Source: Lepidodermella squamata (lineage: Eukaryota > Animalia > Gastrotricha). From it: a stretch of 64,000 nt of DNA. Below are positions 61,433-64,000 of the stretch, piece after piece. How positions within the stretch are numbered: the stretch's first letter is position 1; every line of letters starts with the position of its first letter. The notes beneath the pieces were generated by a model. It was not told the DNA's origin, did not search any database, and saw only the letters and a list, made by a program, of their open reading frames with translations. Made by a program: the position numbers and the translations under genes. The stretch is taken from positions 4,712,001-4,776,000 of the forward strand of contig JBLDXI010000001.1 of assembly GCA_047495785.1 (NCBI GenBank), in the 5' to 3' direction.

Positions 61433-63943
61433 CTAGTAGTGTGATCATCGATCGATTGATTCGAAAAAAACTATTTAAAAATTTTGTCATCGTCATCGAT
61501 ATTATTATCAGCTTTCAGCAGCGCTTTTTTGGAATATTATTATTAAAATTATTATTGATATTATTATTATGTATATTCACTTTAATTTCGTCCAGCGTTT
61601 TTTTATTGATGAACAGCAGCTACTCGTTGTTAAAGTCGTGGATTTGAAAATTAAAATGAGAACGAAACCTGAGCATAAACTTCCTGGTATATGTCTTTTT
61701 CAGAATTCCAACTCTACCCATTGTCATATTTGCATGTCAGAACTCGAGAAGCTTAGAGTGAGAAAAAGGTCTTCTTTCTGAAAAGAGCAATGGAAAATCG
61801 ACTGGTTAACGTCGAATTGACGTGGCCAAAAGCGGTAAGGTAAAGGCGCCATGAGCAGGCATGGGTAGACAGGAAGAGGGGCAGTCTGAAAATAGCACAT
61901 ATTCCCATTTCAATCAGGCGGCGTTCGTTGAGCAGCCACCAATGTTCCACAAAGAATAGAATCTTTCCGAATTCCCGAATTTCCTCAAAAAACGTGCTAT
62001 TTCATGTCCTGAATTGGTTTGTATAGATGTGCGTTGTATCCAGGCTGGCATTTTATTGGGCTATCCCCCATTTAAGGTCACCCCATTCGGAGGTAGAGCC
62101 CCAACAATTGGGTACGGTCAGATGACCCAGTGGAATACCATTGCAACAGGAATACCATTTTAACAGGAATAGCTTACAACAGGAGCTCTATCCAGAGATG
62201 TACCTATGCTGTATCCGTTTGATCACAGAGAATTTCACCAAAACTTCCGAAAACCAGAATGGCTCTCTAAATTTACCAAGGATTTACTAATTAGTAATGC
62301 TTCGTACAATGCGTCCACATCGTACAAATCAAGATTTGCTTTTTATAGGGCTACGGTATTCCATTACGGTATCATGATTTTCGTTTTTTAGCATATCAAA
62401 GTGACTCTAAACTGCTTAAATTCAACCTCGAAATTTATATACTTTTTCGAATTCGAACTCATTGCATCTCTAAGGATGTGAAGCTCAATTATTGGAATCA
62501 GTTTCGCTGATCTTGGATTTGGCTTCACCATGAAGGTATTCTGAAACCATGTTCCTATGGCAGGAATTAATTGACCGGCTTTCACATCAGTTGTTGCCCG
62601 ACTCTTACGTAATTTTCACCTCTTTTCATTACAATTATTCATCAGCTGTTTTTTCTTCACGAAACATCCCAGTTTTGAGGTTGTGAGTTCTGTTTGCAGG
62701 TCACCAGGGTGCGCGAATTATCTCTGCGCAACATGCATGCGGTCAACCAATTAGTGGGGTAATAAACAAGGAAATCTGATAACGTTGATTATTTACATTT
62801 GCCTTGATTCATAGCTTGGGTGTGACGCGCAGTAAATGCGTGATTCTTGCAGATAGCAAGAGCGGGGAATTCCGGTACCAAAGTTGAAAAAGCATGCGCC
62901 GGTATAGTCAAAGTCGAAAGTCGAGCGAATCAGCGAAGATAACACGTGCTTTCTGCGGAACCTCACGGCGTACTCCGGGATCAGAGTCCAGCTTCAGTCA
63001 CTGAGCCACAGCGAAATAGAGGTTGAAAATGTGTCAACTATTAGTAGGCTGCCGGCTACAAAATCATTGAACCTTGTAGCAGCTTTGCGTTGCCGGCAGA
63101 AAAATGACGTAAAACAAGTGTAATAATAGCTTAGAGCTCAGGTGGCTAAATATTCTACTCCGACCCTCAAGCAGACCAGATAAAAATAATTCCGCGTGTC
63201 TCTATGCGAGGTCTGGTACGAAGTCCGAAATATGGGGTCGAGCGAACTCAAATCCATGTCAGCATTATAGTGCTTGTCGGCGAGCGGCGACAATACGACC
63301 ACTAGCAGAGACAGGGCGGGAAAATACCTGACGATGTTACTTCTCAACTTATATATGGGACCTTTAAGGAATAGCGCTGAGTTTGTCGCATGTCCAAAAT
63401 GAGTTTTCTTGGGTTCTTAAGTGATATTGTCGATAAACATTAAGACTACAATATCTAGCTCATAAAAACGATCAATACTGTTCTCTAGGGAAGTTAAGCA
63501 CTACATAATTGAACGTGACAGGCAAAGGATGGATGTCTAATTTAATTGAAAGATGTCAAGTAAAAACAGGGCATGCGGTAACCAATAGTTAATGCCTAGG
63601 ACTGTCTAATGTACTCTGTGACTTCCGTGCGTCATTTCACGAACGGATGGGTCGACAATTAAATGCAACTGGAATAATTGGCGCTAATTTCTGACAACGT
63701 TTTGAAACTAATCGCTGAACCGCAAGACTTAATTTAACGCAGTTACTGGACCATGAATGCCGAATTTCGTTGGAATTGAATGCAAAAGTAGAATTAGGTA
63801 AATTGCACCAAAATTGATAGTCGTTGATGACGAACCCGAACAATTGAATCATTGAGAATATATGACGTGCGCCATCTCTCATTTGAGACATTTATATCCG
63901 CATATAAAAGCGAGGCCATAAGTTTTCTATTATTTGCACAAAA

Positions 63944-64000
63944 ATGAACCGAAGACTTTGCATTATTCTATTCGTACTGATCATCGCTTCCTTTCAGGCA
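63944..64000 (+). CDS. Start of a probable secreted protein gene, truncated by window end
   Basis: TATAAAA at 63903; MNRRLCIILFVLIIASFQA signal-peptide-like. Confidence 0.5.
   Translation, partial: MNRRLCIILFVLIIASFQA

Noticed and set aside
62780-63350. Coding-like minus-strand stretches
   Set aside because: Interrupted frames and no recognisable domain; cannot support a gene or pseudogene call.

Overview
Eukaryotic, intron-containing genomic DNA from an animal with motile cilia (axonemal dynein, Cys-loop receptor, i-type lysozyme); I cannot name the taxon. In order along the window: a two-exon Cys-rich amidated propeptide gene (-); a five-exon non-alpha nAChR-like Cys-loop channel (+); a small secreted PAN/apple gene enclosed by a ~600-bp degenerate inverted repeat; and a dense mixed-isotype tRNA cluster (6.97-13.35 kb; 21 intact-looking genes plus 6 defective copies or fragments). 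A 5'-truncated RTE-like non-LTR retrotransposon sits at the 3' end of tRNA-Ser(AGA). Its 17-bp target-site duplication leaves the tRNA intact, and its poly(A) signal read antisense could replace the displaced Pol III terminator. Next come three tandem genes sharing an 8-Cys chitin-binding (CBM14-like) domain, one fused to an i-type lysozyme; two MITEs (Mutator-like, P-like); three intronless 157-aa membrane-protein paralogs; a frameshifted PAN/proteoglycan-like gene; DNAH7 (-), which hosts an antisense nested 70-aa defence-peptide-like gene absent from the ORF track; TBC1D25 (+); and the start of a secreted-protein gene at the right edge. All gene models were spliced by eye and no database searches were run.
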